A stretch of DNA of 64,000 bases from an uncultured Alphaproteobacteria bacterium (GTDB taxonomy: Bacteria; Pseudomonadota; Alphaproteobacteria; RF32; CAG-239), in assembly GCA_944390455.1 (NCBI GenBank), contig CALXPU010000007.1, positions 356 through 64,355 on the forward strand, read 5' to 3'. Below the pieces are notes generated by a model. The model was given only the letters and a program-made list of their open reading frames with translations. It had not been told where the DNA came from and searched no databases. This document shows positions 51,892 through 61,405 of the stretch, piece after piece. A program made the position numbers and the translations under genes. Each line of letters opens with the position of its first letter. Position 1 is the first letter of the stretch.

Positions 51892-53520
51892 TTATCTCCG
51901 TAGTTGTGGGCTTAGATGAAGTAGTTTAAATTGATTGCGTAAAAGTTCTTTTCCTTCCGGCGTTAAGGCGATGATGGCGTATTTGTCATCAACATATACT
52001 GAATAGGGATGAGGCCATGGTGTCATTTGAGTTGATAAAAATGTTATCATCTCAGGGGTAATCTCTTCCGGTTTTATGGATGTGCCTTCTTGTACAAAGT
52101 TTTGCGGTGCGTAGAAATTGTAATATTCAAAAGCAATCCAATGTCTGGAATAAGGGGTGTTTAGCGTGTAGTATCCGTATTTTTCATTGGGCTTTTTTTG
52201 ATAATATTGGGGGCGAAGCGGAATTTCTCCTGCTTGAATAATCGTGTATAAATTATTGGTTAGATACTGTGGGTGGTTTTCTAGTCTGTTTATGATGCGT
52301 TCCAATAATTTATTTTCAGCATTAAAACCAAGTAAGTGAATTTTGCTGAAATTTAGGTTGGTGTTTATATTGGTCAGTAAAAGGAAAACGGCGCAAATAA
52401 AACTTATATTTTTTAGTATTTGCTTTTTCTGCTCTTGTATGAAATATAGGCAAAATAAAATTAAGATTGGATAGCTATAAAAGTCGGTGCGCACCATTGA
52501 TGTTGAGGGATCAAGTTTGGCAAAAGCGTTGTCTGTGTTATTTGATATTAGCCATGCGGAAAATTTTAAACTAATAAGCAAGCCTAAAATTAATATCAAA
52601 ATGAGCAAGATGTCGCCCATGTTTTTGCGGGTTTTGAATGTTTGAGTAAAGACACTAATAAGAAAAATTATGAAAATTATTGAGAGTACCTCTTTTAAAG
52701 AGATACTTAAAAAAGGTTGTGTTTCTGTAAATCCTATAATACCGGCTTGGATGATGGTTGGTAATTTTTGTATTAATTCAATAGGAGAGGCAGCCTGACT
52801 ATTATACATATTCATCATAAGATGATTTTGTTGTAAGTAGTCAAAAGTTATTTTTAGTAATCCAAGCGCTAAGATGAGATTTATTGCATGGGCTAGAATA
52901 TGTTTACTCAACTGGGTGTAACTTAATTGTTTGACTATTCTGAGTTGGATTAGGCGACAGCAAACCGCGGTTACGTACATGTTAATACAACCAGGATATC
53001 CTCCAAGAGCAATATATAATAAGGCAAATCCGCATATTTCCCACGGAATAAAGCTTTTTTCGGTGGCTTTTTGGGTGGCAATTAATGATAGTGTGATGAT
53101 GAATGTCCAAGATAGCAAGCTTAAGGTTATGAAATGAAAATAGAGGATTTCTATGATATAGGGCAAGCTTGCTGCAGCGCTGGTGTACAATACAGTTGAA
53201 AGTTTTGTGGGCTGAAATTTGAAATAATATTTGCCTAAGCAATACAAAGATAGGCTATAAAAAAAGAAGCCGATGATGATATTTAATATGGGGAGAATTT
53301 TTCCCATTAATAAAAGTTTTAAGAGCAAATATTGCGAAAAACGTCCTTCTATTAATCCAGATGTTAGATGATTGTCTTGAATGAGGGGGAGCCAATCGTG
53401 ATTGCCCCATATAAAATTGAAAAGTAGAGGAGAAAAACTTATGCATAGGATGATTAAAGGAACTATCCAAAGATAGTTACCTGTTTTTATTTTGTTTATG
53501 TCTTGTTTTAGTTCAAGCAT
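51892..53520 (-). CDS. polytopic membrane protein, putative GT-C glycosyltransferase (GtrC-like), paralog A
   Basis: FNFIWGNHDWLPLIQ…SGLIEGRFSQY N-terminal block. C-terminal MTPWPHPYSVYV. 542 aa. 1-nt gap to paralog B. Confidence 0.5.
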   Translation of the reverse strand: MLELKQDINKIKTGNYLWIVPLIILCISFSPLLFNFIWGNHDWLPLIQDNHLTSGLIEGRFSQYLLLKLLLMGKILPILNIIIGFFFYSLSLYCLGKYYFKFQPTKLSTVLYTSAAASLPYIIEILYFHFITLSLLSWTFIITLSLIATQKATEKSFIPWEICGFALLYIALGGYPGCINMYVTAVCCRLIQLRIVKQLSYTQLSKHILAHAINLILALGLLKITFDYLQQNHLMMNMYNSQAASPIELIQKLPTIIQAGIIGFTETQPFLSISLKEVLSIIFIIFLISVFTQTFKTRKNMGDILLILILILGLLISLKFSAWLISNNTDNAFAKLDPSTSMVRTDFYSYPILILFCLYFIQEQKKQILKNISFICAVFLLLTNINTNLNFSKIHLLGFNAENKLLERIINRLENHPQYLTNNLYTIIQAGEIPLRPQYYQKKPNEKYGYYTLNTPYSRHWIAFEYYNFYAPQNFVQEGTSIKPEEITPEMITFLSTQMTPWPHPYSVYVDDKYAIIALTPEGKELLRNQFKLLHLSPQLRR

Positions 53521-53549
53521 CGGTTATCTACGCATTTGTGGTTTCGTTG

Positions 53550-53578
53550 TTGACAGCTTAATCTCCAAATGTATAATT
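53550..53578 (+). promoter_or_regulatory. consensus sigma70 promoter TTGACA-N17-TATAAT
   Basis: Perfect -35 and -10 hexamers with 17-nt spacer. 25 nt upstream of the 53604 ORF. Confidence 0.55.
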
Positions 53579-53603
53579 TATAGTAAATTTTGAAAGGCTT
53601 TTT

Positions 53604-54017
53604 ATGCGGTATATTTTAGGATTTTTTTTGTTGTTTTATTCGGTTTCGGCATGGGCGCAGACTTTGCAAATAGCCGATAAAGCGCAGTTTGAAGTTGAAG
53701 TGGCTAAAACTCCCGAGCAGTTACAAAGAGGCTTGATGTTTGTTAAAAAACTACCGGAGAATCGAGGAATGTTGTTTGATTTGAGGGCTTATCCTAAAGC
53801 TAGTATGTGGATGAAAAACACGTATGTTCCTTTGGATATGTTGTTTGTTGATTGCAATTTTAATGTTGTTGATATTTATCCTAATGCCAAGCCTCAATCA
53901 TTAGATAAAATTTCTTCTGCTAAGGATTTTTGTTATGTGGTGGAAATTTTAGGGGGAAGTGCTCAGAAATATAACTTTTTGGTGGGCGATAAGCTTTTTC
54001 TTAATCCTTCTATGTAA
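53604..54017 (+). CDS. DUF192 (COG1430) family secreted protein
   Basis: Signal peptide. …LQRGLMFVKKLPENRGMLF…MWMKNTYVPLDMLFVD… matches the DUF192 consensus. Confidence 0.65.
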   Translation: MRYILGFFLLFYSVSAWAQTLQIADKAQFEVEVAKTPEQLQRGLMFVKKLPENRGMLFDLRAYPKASMWMKNTYVPLDMLFVDCNFNVVDIYPNAKPQSLDKISSAKDFCYVVEILGGSAQKYNFLVGDKLFLNPSM

Positions 54018-54074
54018 TTGAAAAAATCTCCTTCTTGCTTATATGTATGGTGTTGTTATTTGAAGGAGAATAAT

Positions 54075-54479
54075 ATGAAAAAAATTTTATTTATCTTGGC
54101 TATGGCTATTTCTTTGTCTGGTAATGCTTATGCAAAACATGATTGCGATTGCGAAAAATATTGCTCAAAAATGGAACATAAAATGATGAAGAAACAAGGT
54201 GGGTTTATTGATACGTCCATGAAACCTATGAGCGTAGCTGAAGTACAAAAACTTCCAGATGATGCTTATGTTACATTGTCTGGTTACATTACAAAACGGT
54301 TGAGTGATGATAAATATAATTTTTCGGATGGAACAAACAATCTTATCGTGAAAATTGATGATAAAGTATGGATGGGGCAGACTGTTACCCCAAAAGATAA
54401 AATCTTAATTACAGGTAAAGTGGATAAAGAATTTACTCATCTTAAACTTGATGTTAAATCTTTGCAGCTGGATAATTAA
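54075..54479 (+). CDS. YgiW/YdeI (BOF) family periplasmic OB-fold protein
   Basis: Signal peptide MKKILFILAMAISLSGNAYA. …YVTLSGYITKRLSDDKYNFSDGTNNLIVKIDDKVWMG… is a BOF pattern. AAGGAG SD before ATG 54075. The track ORF start 54018 is an over-extension. Confidence 0.65.
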   Translation: MKKILFILAMAISLSGNAYAKHDCDCEKYCSKMEHKMMKKQGGFIDTSMKPMSVAEVQKLPDDAYVTLSGYITKRLSDDKYNFSDGTNNLIVKIDDKVWMGQTVTPKDKILITGKVDKEFTHLKLDVKSLQLDN

Positions 54480-54498
54480 TTTTCTTTATAGCATAAAA

Positions 54499-54530
54499 AA
54501 GGGCATATTTCAAATATGTCCTTCTTTTGT
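54499..54530. terminator. bidirectional rho-independent terminator
   Basis: aagggcatattt-ca-aatatgtcctt (one mismatch) followed by CTTTTGT. Lies between convergent BOF gene and infA. Confidence 0.55.
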
Positions 54531-54554
54531 GCATGAATAGATTAATGGTTTTGT

Positions 54555-54776
54555 TTAATCTTTATGGCGGAATGTAATACGCCCTTTAGTTAAATCGTAA
54601 GGCGTCATTTCAATATCAACTTTATCGCCTACCATTACGCGAATGCGAAATTTACGCATCTTGCCTGCAGTGTGCGCTAAAATTTCAACGCCGTTTTCCA
54701 ATCTTACTCTAAACATGGCATTGGGAAGCTTTTCAATAACGTCTCCCGTGAATTCTAGCAGTTCTTCTTTACTCAT
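54555..54776 (-). CDS. infA: translation initiation factor IF-1
   Basis: [72 protein letters not shown] is canonical IF-1. Confidence 0.95.
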   Translation of the reverse strand: MSKEELLEFTGDVIEKLPNAMFRVRLENGVEILAHTAGKMRKFRIRVMVGDKVDIEMTPYDLTKGRITFRHKD

Positions 54777-54824
54777 TTTATGTCCTTATCAATTCTTTTT
54801 TTCTGCTATATATACTGTATTATC

Positions 54825-56462
54825 TTATTTTACAAGTATTTTTTGCGTTTTGTGTCTTGGGATTGTAATTTCGAAGCATGTTCCCACATTTTCTTGGCTG
54901 GATACGCTTATTTGGGCGTTTAGTTTTACAACTAAATCTTTTACAATGGCTAAGCCTAAGCCTGTACCGCGTTTTTCATCAGAAGTTGATGCTGAAAAGA
55001 ACGGTTCAAAGATGTGCTTTATGGCTGATTTTGGTATGCCGCAGCCGCTATCTTTGACGCTTATGATAATATTTTCTTTGTTGGTGTTGGTTTTTATTTC
55101 TAAAGTTCCTCCGTTGGGCATGGCGTGTATGGCGTTTTGCACCAAATTTAAAATTATCATTTTAAAGTCTGTTTCGTTGCCGTAAATTTTTTCTTTAGTG
55201 TTTGAGAAATTTTTAGTTAAAACAATACCTTTGCTTTTAATTTCATAATCTAATAATGAAAGTGTATCGCTAATTTCTGAGGCAATGTTGAAGGTTGTAT
55301 TAACCTGTTCGGTGTTTCTGGAAATTTTTAGTAAACGTTCGGGAACTTTTATGCAATCTTTTATTTGTCCTGATATCATTTCTAGATATTGCTTTTCCTC
55401 GGAGTTTGTGGTGTTGGTATAGTATTTTTGTAGTATGCCATCCAGTATTATATTTATGGCTCCCAGATTGTTTTTCATTTCATGGGCTAAAGATGTGGCT
55501 AAGAAACCTAATGATGATATTTTTTGTTGATGTGAATAGTTTACGTTATCGCTTAAGTCACGGATTGATTCCACAATACCATATTGTCCGTTCAAATGTA
55601 TCCGCGCGGAGTTTATGGATAATGGGCGATTGTTTATGCTATGTATGATTTTTAGGCTGTTTTTGTTTTTTTCTTTTAATTCTTTCAGAGGGCAAATATA
55701 TTGAGATGAACTGCATGGGCACTGTCCTTCTTTTGAATATGCGCCATAACATTTGTCTGAGGGATATAAGCATTGTTTCTTTATATATTCCGCGTAAGCT
55801 TTGTTGTAGAGGATGATGTTGTAATTTTCATCAATAACACGAATAGCATCAGGTAAAGTGTCTATCAGGCTTTGCAGAAATACTTCTTTTTCTTTAATCT
55901 CATTAATGTTATTTTCAATGTTGTTTAACATGAAATTGATGGTTTGCATTAAGGTATTAAATTCATCGGTAAAATGCCCTTTATTGATTTTTAGGCGTTT
56001 GTTAAAATTACCATTCGCAACGTCAATAGATAGCTCTGTTAATTTATCAACCGGTGTTATAACCCAACGTTTTAGTAAAAACCATAAAATGATTAATGAT
56101 AGCAACGTTAAAAAGGCGCTTACACCTAGTATGCGTAGACTTTCTTGGATGGTGGCATAGCTTTCGTCATAGTTTTGGGTGAGTTCTTCGTTTAATCTTT
56201 TTTCGCGATTTAATTCTTCTCTTTTTTGGGAAAGGCTACCGTCTGTTACGGTTTGTGATTGTAGTTTTTCAAGCTTTTGGCGTAGCGATATGTTCTCGTT
56301 TAACAACTCAATAACATATTGGTTTCTAGTGATTAAATTGCTTTGCTCATTGCGGATTTTTTTACCGATGGCATTATCAAAAAAGATAATAAACAAAAAG
56401 GCACCTAGTCCTAAAAAGGCTAAGATGGTTAAAAGTATTTTTTTGCTTAAGCTGAAAAACAT
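54825..56462 (-). CDS. sensor histidine kinase (TM-HAMP-Cys-rich sensor-HisKA-HATPase)
   Basis: H-box LAHEMKNNLGAI. N-box LVQNAIHAM. G-boxes VKDSGCGI / GTGLGLAIV. HAMP-like segment. Cys cluster C-x7-C-x10-C-x-C-x6-C. Confidence 0.85.
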   Translation of the reverse strand: MFFSLSKKILLTILAFLGLGAFLFIIFFDNAIGKKIRNEQSNLITRNQYVIELLNENISLRQKLEKLQSQTVTDGSLSQKREELNREKRLNEELTQNYDESYATIQESLRILGVSAFLTLLSLIILWFLLKRWVITPVDKLTELSIDVANGNFNKRLKINKGHFTDEFNTLMQTINFMLNNIENNINEIKEKEVFLQSLIDTLPDAIRVIDENYNIILYNKAYAEYIKKQCLYPSDKCYGAYSKEGQCPCSSSQYICPLKELKEKNKNSLKIIHSINNRPLSINSARIHLNGQYGIVESIRDLSDNVNYSHQQKISSLGFLATSLAHEMKNNLGAINIILDGILQKYYTNTTNSEEKQYLEMISGQIKDCIKVPERLLKISRNTEQVNTTFNIASEISDTLSLLDYEIKSKGIVLTKNFSNTKEKIYGNETDFKMIILNLVQNAIHAMPNGGTLEIKTNTNKENIIISVKDSGCGIPKSAIKHIFEPFFSASTSDEKRGTGLGLAIVKDLVVKLNAQISVSSQENVGTCFEITIPRHKTQKILVK

Positions 56463-56469
56463 TATAAAA

Positions 56470-57171
56470 TTATTCCTGCTGTGTAAATTCTGACAAAGTG
56501 TTGGCTTGCAGATATGGATTAAATTCTTTTTCTTCTTTAAGGGTACTTGGCGCGAGTAGTCCTTGTTCTCGGCTGAGCATCTTCTTTATGTAGGTTTGAG
56601 CTTGAGGCATAGCGAGTAAATTTCGCGTTAGGCAAGCTCTGGTGTATTCATGTCCGGGGAAAATTTCTGTATTATCAGGAAGTGCTTTTATTTTTTGCAA
56701 GCTGTTGAACATTTGTTCGGCACTTCCTTCAAATAAACCGCCGACACATAAATTAAACAGAACATCTCCGGTAAATAATTTTTGTTCGTTAGGTAAATGA
56801 TACAAAATGTGTCCTAAAGTGTGTCCGGGGGCTTCTATTATTTGTATTTGGGTATTTTGAATATTTAATATATCGCCTTCTTGAACTGATATGGTTGCAC
56901 CTGGGATTTTGTTGAATTCTTTTTGAGAGGCAATAATTTCACAGTTGTATTTTTCTTTTAGAGCCAAATTGCCCTCCACGTGGTCAAAGTGGTGGTGAGT
57001 GGTTAGTATATGCGTTGGGTGGAGTTGTCTTTTTTCTAATTCACGCAGGATTGGATTGGCTTCTGCGGCATCTATAATAATTGTTTGCGAGTTTTGTTTG
57101 TCGGCAATTAGATAGGCGTAGTTCGTCATGTTTTTTTCATTACATAGAATCGGTATTATTTCTGTTGTCAT
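56470..57171 (-). CDS. gloB: hydroxyacylglutathione hydrolase (glyoxalase II), metallo-beta-lactamase fold
   Basis: THHHFDHVEGN plus downstream His/Asp ligands. 233 aa. Confidence 0.8.
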   Translation of the reverse strand: MTTEIIPILCNEKNMTNYAYLIADKQNSQTIIIDAAEANPILRELEKRQLHPTHILTTHHHFDHVEGNLALKEKYNCEIIASQKEFNKIPGATISVQEGDILNIQNTQIQIIEAPGHTLGHILYHLPNEQKLFTGDVLFNLCVGGLFEGSAEQMFNSLQKIKALPDNTEIFPGHEYTRACLTRNLLAMPQAQTYIKKMLSREQGLLAPSTLKEEKEFNPYLQANTLSEFTQQE

Positions 57172-58073
57172 TGTTTTAATCCTCTTTTTAAATGCCCAAG
57201 ATCAACTGCCAGTAAATCATAGTATGCCGTTGTATAATCTAGTATTCCGGCAAAATTAGGTAAGTTAGATGATTGTGAAAGAGCGTATGCGATACTTTCT
57301 CCGATAATTACGCCATGACGATCCGCGTAGCCTTCTCGCGCCATCCATATATGGCTGTAATTGATGTTTGAATTAAATGTTAAGGCGAAGCTACGCATAC
57401 ATTCTAAAAGGCTATCAAATATTTTGAATCTATAACCGTCATCTTTATTTTCAAGAGGTTCTAATCCTTCTGTTGTAAACCAAACTTTTTCTTTATATAA
57501 AGAGTTGGCTTCTTTGGCAACACGGGAAAAGCCCCAGTTACTTTCCATTGCGGCGGCAGCGATTAAAATAGACGGAGGAACATTATCAATACGTATTTTT
57601 AGGTTATGAATTTGAGATTCAATTCGGTTGGTTCCTTTTAGTCTGGTAAAATAATCATATTTAGTGGCGAGTTTTTCTAGTTTTTCTATTTCTTCAGGCG
57701 ATAAATTTTTGTTTTGTTTGTAATGGCGTTCTAATCTCAATAACGTGTTACGCTCGTTTGTAATTTCTTCGTTTACTTTTAACGTGAGCGGAGCAAGCAT
57801 ACGAATAAATAATTCATTCCGATATTTTTGTGATTTGATATCTTGATAATCAATTGGGAGTGTTTTTATGAAAATGGCAGGATATTCGTCATTATCTAAG
57901 GCGCGGGCTCGTTGATACTTATTTTTTTTATAGAGAGCTTCTAATTCGGAAACAGTGGCATTTTCCACGTATAATGTGCCACCAAAATCTTGAACTTTCA
58001 TTTGCGCATAGCTGTTGGTTATGTGGCAGCAGAATAAGACAATAATTAGAAAAATGCTGTTTCTTAGGTTCAT
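57168..58073 (-). CDS. glucosaminidase-domain protein (Bax/FlgJ-type peptidoglycan hydrolase)
   Basis: Signal peptide. …LIAAAAMESNWGFSR… matches the glucosaminidase (PF01832) core. Confidence 0.65.
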   Translation of the reverse strand: MNLRNSIFLIIVLFCCHITNSYAQMKVQDFGGTLYVENATVSELEALYKKNKYQRARALDNDEYPAIFIKTLPIDYQDIKSQKYRNELFIRMLAPLTLKVNEEITNERNTLLRLERHYKQNKNLSPEEIEKLEKLATKYDYFTRLKGTNRIESQIHNLKIRIDNVPPSILIAAAAMESNWGFSRVAKEANSLYKEKVWFTTEGLEPLENKDDGYRFKIFDSLLECMRSFALTFNSNINYSHIWMAREGYADRHGVIIGESIAYALSQSSNLPNFAGILDYTTAYYDLLAVDLGHLKRGLKQ

Positions 58074-58591
58074 TGTAAGACAACCTCTCTTACTTCTGGT
58101 AAATAGTAAATAAGATTTTTTTCAACTCGTTCTTTTAATGTTTTTTGAGCATATGGGCAACCTTGGCACTTTCCTAAAAAGTGTACGATGGCAGTACCGT
58201 TGTTGTAAGATACTAATTCAATATCTCCTCCATCTCTTTGCAAAAAAGGAGCAACAATGATTTTTAGTATTAATTTTATTTGGGCTGCAGTATGTTCCTG
58301 AGATGGCATAGAGATTTTTGGGGCATCAAAATCGTATTCGGAGATTTCGGCCATGGTTAGCGCTTCTATATCTTCTAAATGAGCAGTGTCGGTGCTTTGT
58401 AAATAGATGAAGTTTTCGGTTAAAAGAAGGCTTTCAACTTCTCCGCAACTTAAAATGTTATCAAGTAAATCTATATGCTGGGTTAATGGAGCGTGTTCTT
58501 TGTTGTAGTAAATTACTCCGCTTATTGGGAAACGCTTGGGGAAAAATAAGGTTGTTTCAAGTGAGCTTAATCTTTTTTGTTCTATTATCAT
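58070..58591 (-). CDS. Nfu/NifU-like Fe-S cluster assembly protein
   Basis: C-terminal GGDIELVSYNNGTAIVHFLGKCQGCPYAQKTLKERVE carries the NifU C-terminal CxxC motif. Confidence 0.7.
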   Translation of the reverse strand: MIIEQKRLSSLETTLFFPKRFPISGVIYYNKEHAPLTQHIDLLDNILSCGEVESLLLTENFIYLQSTDTAHLEDIEALTMAEISEYDFDAPKISMPSQEHTAAQIKLILKIIVAPFLQRDGGDIELVSYNNGTAIVHFLGKCQGCPYAQKTLKERVEKNLIYYLPEVREVVLQ

Positions 58592-58593
58592 GA

Positions 58594-59661
58594 TTATTTC
58601 CGTGCATAGTCTTCTATGTTATTATGAATTGTTTTTAGATAGTTTTGAGCTCGGGCTAAATAATATCCCAGATAAAGCAAGTGGTTTGCTTCATAGGTGT
58701 CTTGCGGAGAGGCATTTTTTATGGATATAGGATTTAGTTTTGAAGCTGTTTCTAAGAAACTTAATGCCGCAGTCAGGTTTTCATATTGATTGGTTTCTAC
58801 GATAATATCTTGATAGTCTTTCGCTATACCTTGTAGTATGTAGTGAATTGTGTAGATATATCCTTCAGTTTGATAAAAAACATTATCGGCCTTAAAATCC
58901 AATAGTTCAGAATTGTGTTCCAAAGCGTGTTGGTTTAGGATATTTAATTGGCGTTCAATGAGATTTTCTAAACCAGTCATTATGTATAAAAGTTCGTGGC
59001 TTCCTGTTGCTTTGTTATTGTTTTCAGAGGAGGCAAAATCTGTTAGTTTAGCTATGGCTTTGCGATATTGTTTGGCAGAACCGGGGGCTAATTTGTCATC
59101 CGCAGTTTGGGAAAATAGCCAAATGTTAGCTGGGTAATCCAGCAGTTCTCCGGCTTCTTTTAAATTATCATCGGTATGATAGCTGGATAAACGCTTAATC
59201 AGATATTTGGCACTATCTTTGGCGCCAATTTGGAAGTTGGGAAGGTTATCTAGTACAGCGGCTGGGAAAATTATAGGAAGAGCCGGTGTCCACGGAGTAT
59301 CGTCGATTTGTGATTTTAATACATGGCTGAGAGCTTCGGTTGTATGACGCGGAGATTTTTGGCTCACATTTATGGGGACGTCTAATCTGTTATTTATGTT
59401 TGAGCTTATTGTAGCACCCAGACCATAGTAAATTATCAGAAATCCTAAGATACCAGTGGTAAATAAACGCCATCTTTCACTAAATATCGCAAGATAATTT
59501 AAAATGCTGTTTTTATGACGGCGTTTGTTTTTTTCTTGAGGATTTTTAGATTTTGCGCGGATGGCGATAATGGAGTTTTTTACGTACACATATAGGTATA
59601 CACCTTTGCCAATCAATCGTTTTATTTGTATTTTTAATTTGGTCAAAAGCGTTCCTATCAT
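58594..59661 (-). CDS. hypothetical N-terminally membrane-anchored protein (possibly DUF2333-type)
   Basis: 355 aa. Basic N-terminus, one TM helix, then soluble domain. Family guess is weak. Confidence 0.35.
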   Translation of the reverse strand: MIGTLLTKLKIQIKRLIGKGVYLYVYVKNSIIAIRAKSKNPQEKNKRRHKNSILNYLAIFSERWRLFTTGILGFLIIYYGLGATISSNINNRLDVPINVSQKSPRHTTEALSHVLKSQIDDTPWTPALPIIFPAAVLDNLPNFQIGAKDSAKYLIKRLSSYHTDDNLKEAGELLDYPANIWLFSQTADDKLAPGSAKQYRKAIAKLTDFASSENNNKATGSHELLYIMTGLENLIERQLNILNQHALEHNSELLDFKADNVFYQTEGYIYTIHYILQGIAKDYQDIIVETNQYENLTAALSFLETASKLNPISIKNASPQDTYEANHLLYLGYYLARAQNYLKTIHNNIEDYARK

Positions 59662-61229
59662 GCTTTTTTTCTCCTTAAAATCAGATTTTGGATAATTGCA
59701 CTAATATCCAAGATGCCTCTTATTTTAGCGCCTGCTAAAAAAGTTGCAAGTCCTATTATGCCAATAATTCCCAGTTTCAGCATTAATAACCAGATATTGT
59801 GTTCCGGATAAATGGTGTTTAATAGGTATTGAGTTGCATAAACAAATATCCCCATTATAGTTGTGCAGAGGACAATATCCCATATTTTTTTCTTGAGTTC
59901 TGCAGAGAAAGACCAGAAGCCTCTTTTTTTCAAACCATGGATGTATTGGAATAAAGATACAAAAGCAGCTGCGGAGGTGGCGGTTGCGATACCAATGTGA
60001 CCAAAAGGTTTCATTAGCGCTAAATTCAGAACAAGATTTGTGATGAATACTACGGCACTGTATTTAACGGGAGTTATGGTATCACCTCTGGCGAAAAAGT
60101 TTGGCATTAAGGCTTTGACCATTACATAACATGGTAATCCTACAGCATATGCTTTTAGAGCTAATGCTGTTTTATATGTGTCTGATGCGGTAAAACGTCC
60201 ATGTTCAAATAATAATTCTATTATCGAATCGGCAAGACAAACGAATAATACGGCAGCAGGTAAAGACATCAGTAATCCGTAAATAATGGCTTTGTCTTGA
60301 ACGTTGGAAGCCTCGTTGGTTTCGCCAGCTTTTAGTTTTTTAGAAAGCAGGGGTAATAATGCAACGCTTATGGCGGCTCCGATAACGCCTAATGGCAATT
60401 GTTGTACACGATTAGCATAATATAGCCATGATACTGCTCCTCCTGATACCAAAGAGACGAGAATCGTGTCGACAACCATATTGATTTGGTATATTCCCGC
60501 ACCAACAATACCAGGGGCGATACGCTTGAAAAGAGTACGAATTTCGCTGTCTTTTAATAGAGTGATGATGTGTAAATCAGGTTTTATTTTGATGCTGTCT
60601 TTATTTAGGAAGTATTTGAGCCAGATGACTTCTATCATGCCGGTGATGGTGATGCTCCAAGCCATTCCGTAAACAGGCATATCTAAGAAGGCGATGGATG
60701 CAAGTCCGGCGATAATCATTCCGACGTTTAAAATTATCGGAGCTGCGGCAGGTGCAGCAAAGCGATCAAACGAATTTAAAATTCCGGCTTGGAAGGAAAC
60801 AATGGAAATAAACAATAAAAATGGAAAGGTGATGCGACATAAGTCTATGGTTAAAGCGACTTTTTCTGGATTTTCCATAAAACCAGGGGCGAGAATCTTG
60901 ACAACCCAAGGCATGCACAACTCAAAAATGATTGTGAATAGGATTAAGAAAAACGTTAGTAAAGAAATGGCTTTGGCAGCAAATTCTACAGATTTGTCTC
61001 GGCCGGATGCGACCAGTTTTGAAGAAAATAATGGAACAAACGCTGATGTAAATGCTCCTTCAGCAAAAAGACTCCTAAATAAATTCGGTAATTTGAACGC
61101 GACTAAAAATGCGTCGGAAACCATGCCTGCACCCAGAAAACTTGCGATGACCATGTCTCGCAGAAAGCCGGTTAAGCGGCTGACCATTGTGAATCCACTG
61201 AAGGTTGCTATTGATTTGATAAATGACAT
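59658..61229 (-). CDS. murJ: lipid II flippase MurJ (MviN)
   Basis: MSFIKSIATFSGFTMVSRLTGFLRDMVIASFLGAGMVSDAFLVAFKLPNLFRSLFAEGAFTSAFVP is a canonical MurJ N-terminus. 14 TM. Confidence 0.9.
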   Translation of the reverse strand: MSFIKSIATFSGFTMVSRLTGFLRDMVIASFLGAGMVSDAFLVAFKLPNLFRSLFAEGAFTSAFVPLFSSKLVASGRDKSVEFAAKAISLLTFFLILFTIIFELCMPWVVKILAPGFMENPEKVALTIDLCRITFPFLLFISIVSFQAGILNSFDRFAAPAAAPIILNVGMIIAGLASIAFLDMPVYGMAWSITITGMIEVIWLKYFLNKDSIKIKPDLHIITLLKDSEIRTLFKRIAPGIVGAGIYQINMVVDTILVSLVSGGAVSWLYYANRVQQLPLGVIGAAISVALLPLLSKKLKAGETNEASNVQDKAIIYGLLMSLPAAVLFVCLADSIIELLFEHGRFTASDTYKTALALKAYAVGLPCYVMVKALMPNFFARGDTITPVKYSAVVFITNLVLNLALMKPFGHIGIATATSAAAFVSLFQYIHGLKKRGFWSFSAELKKKIWDIVLCTTIMGIFVYATQYLLNTIYPEHNIWLLMLKLGIIGIIGLATFLAGAKIRGILDISAIIQNLILRRKKA

Positions 61230-61405
61230 TTGTTGTAGTTCCTGTTAAAAAAGTTTTATTTCTTAAGGAGAGTTTAACTTTAAATCTGTTAATAAAGGGC
61301 AAATAAAAGTTATGTAATCAAGTGATTTTTTTTCTTGAAGATGTAAAAGATAGTCTTGTTTTTAGTAAAAACAGGTGCTTATCTGGGTGATAATGGAGTT
61401 GAAAA

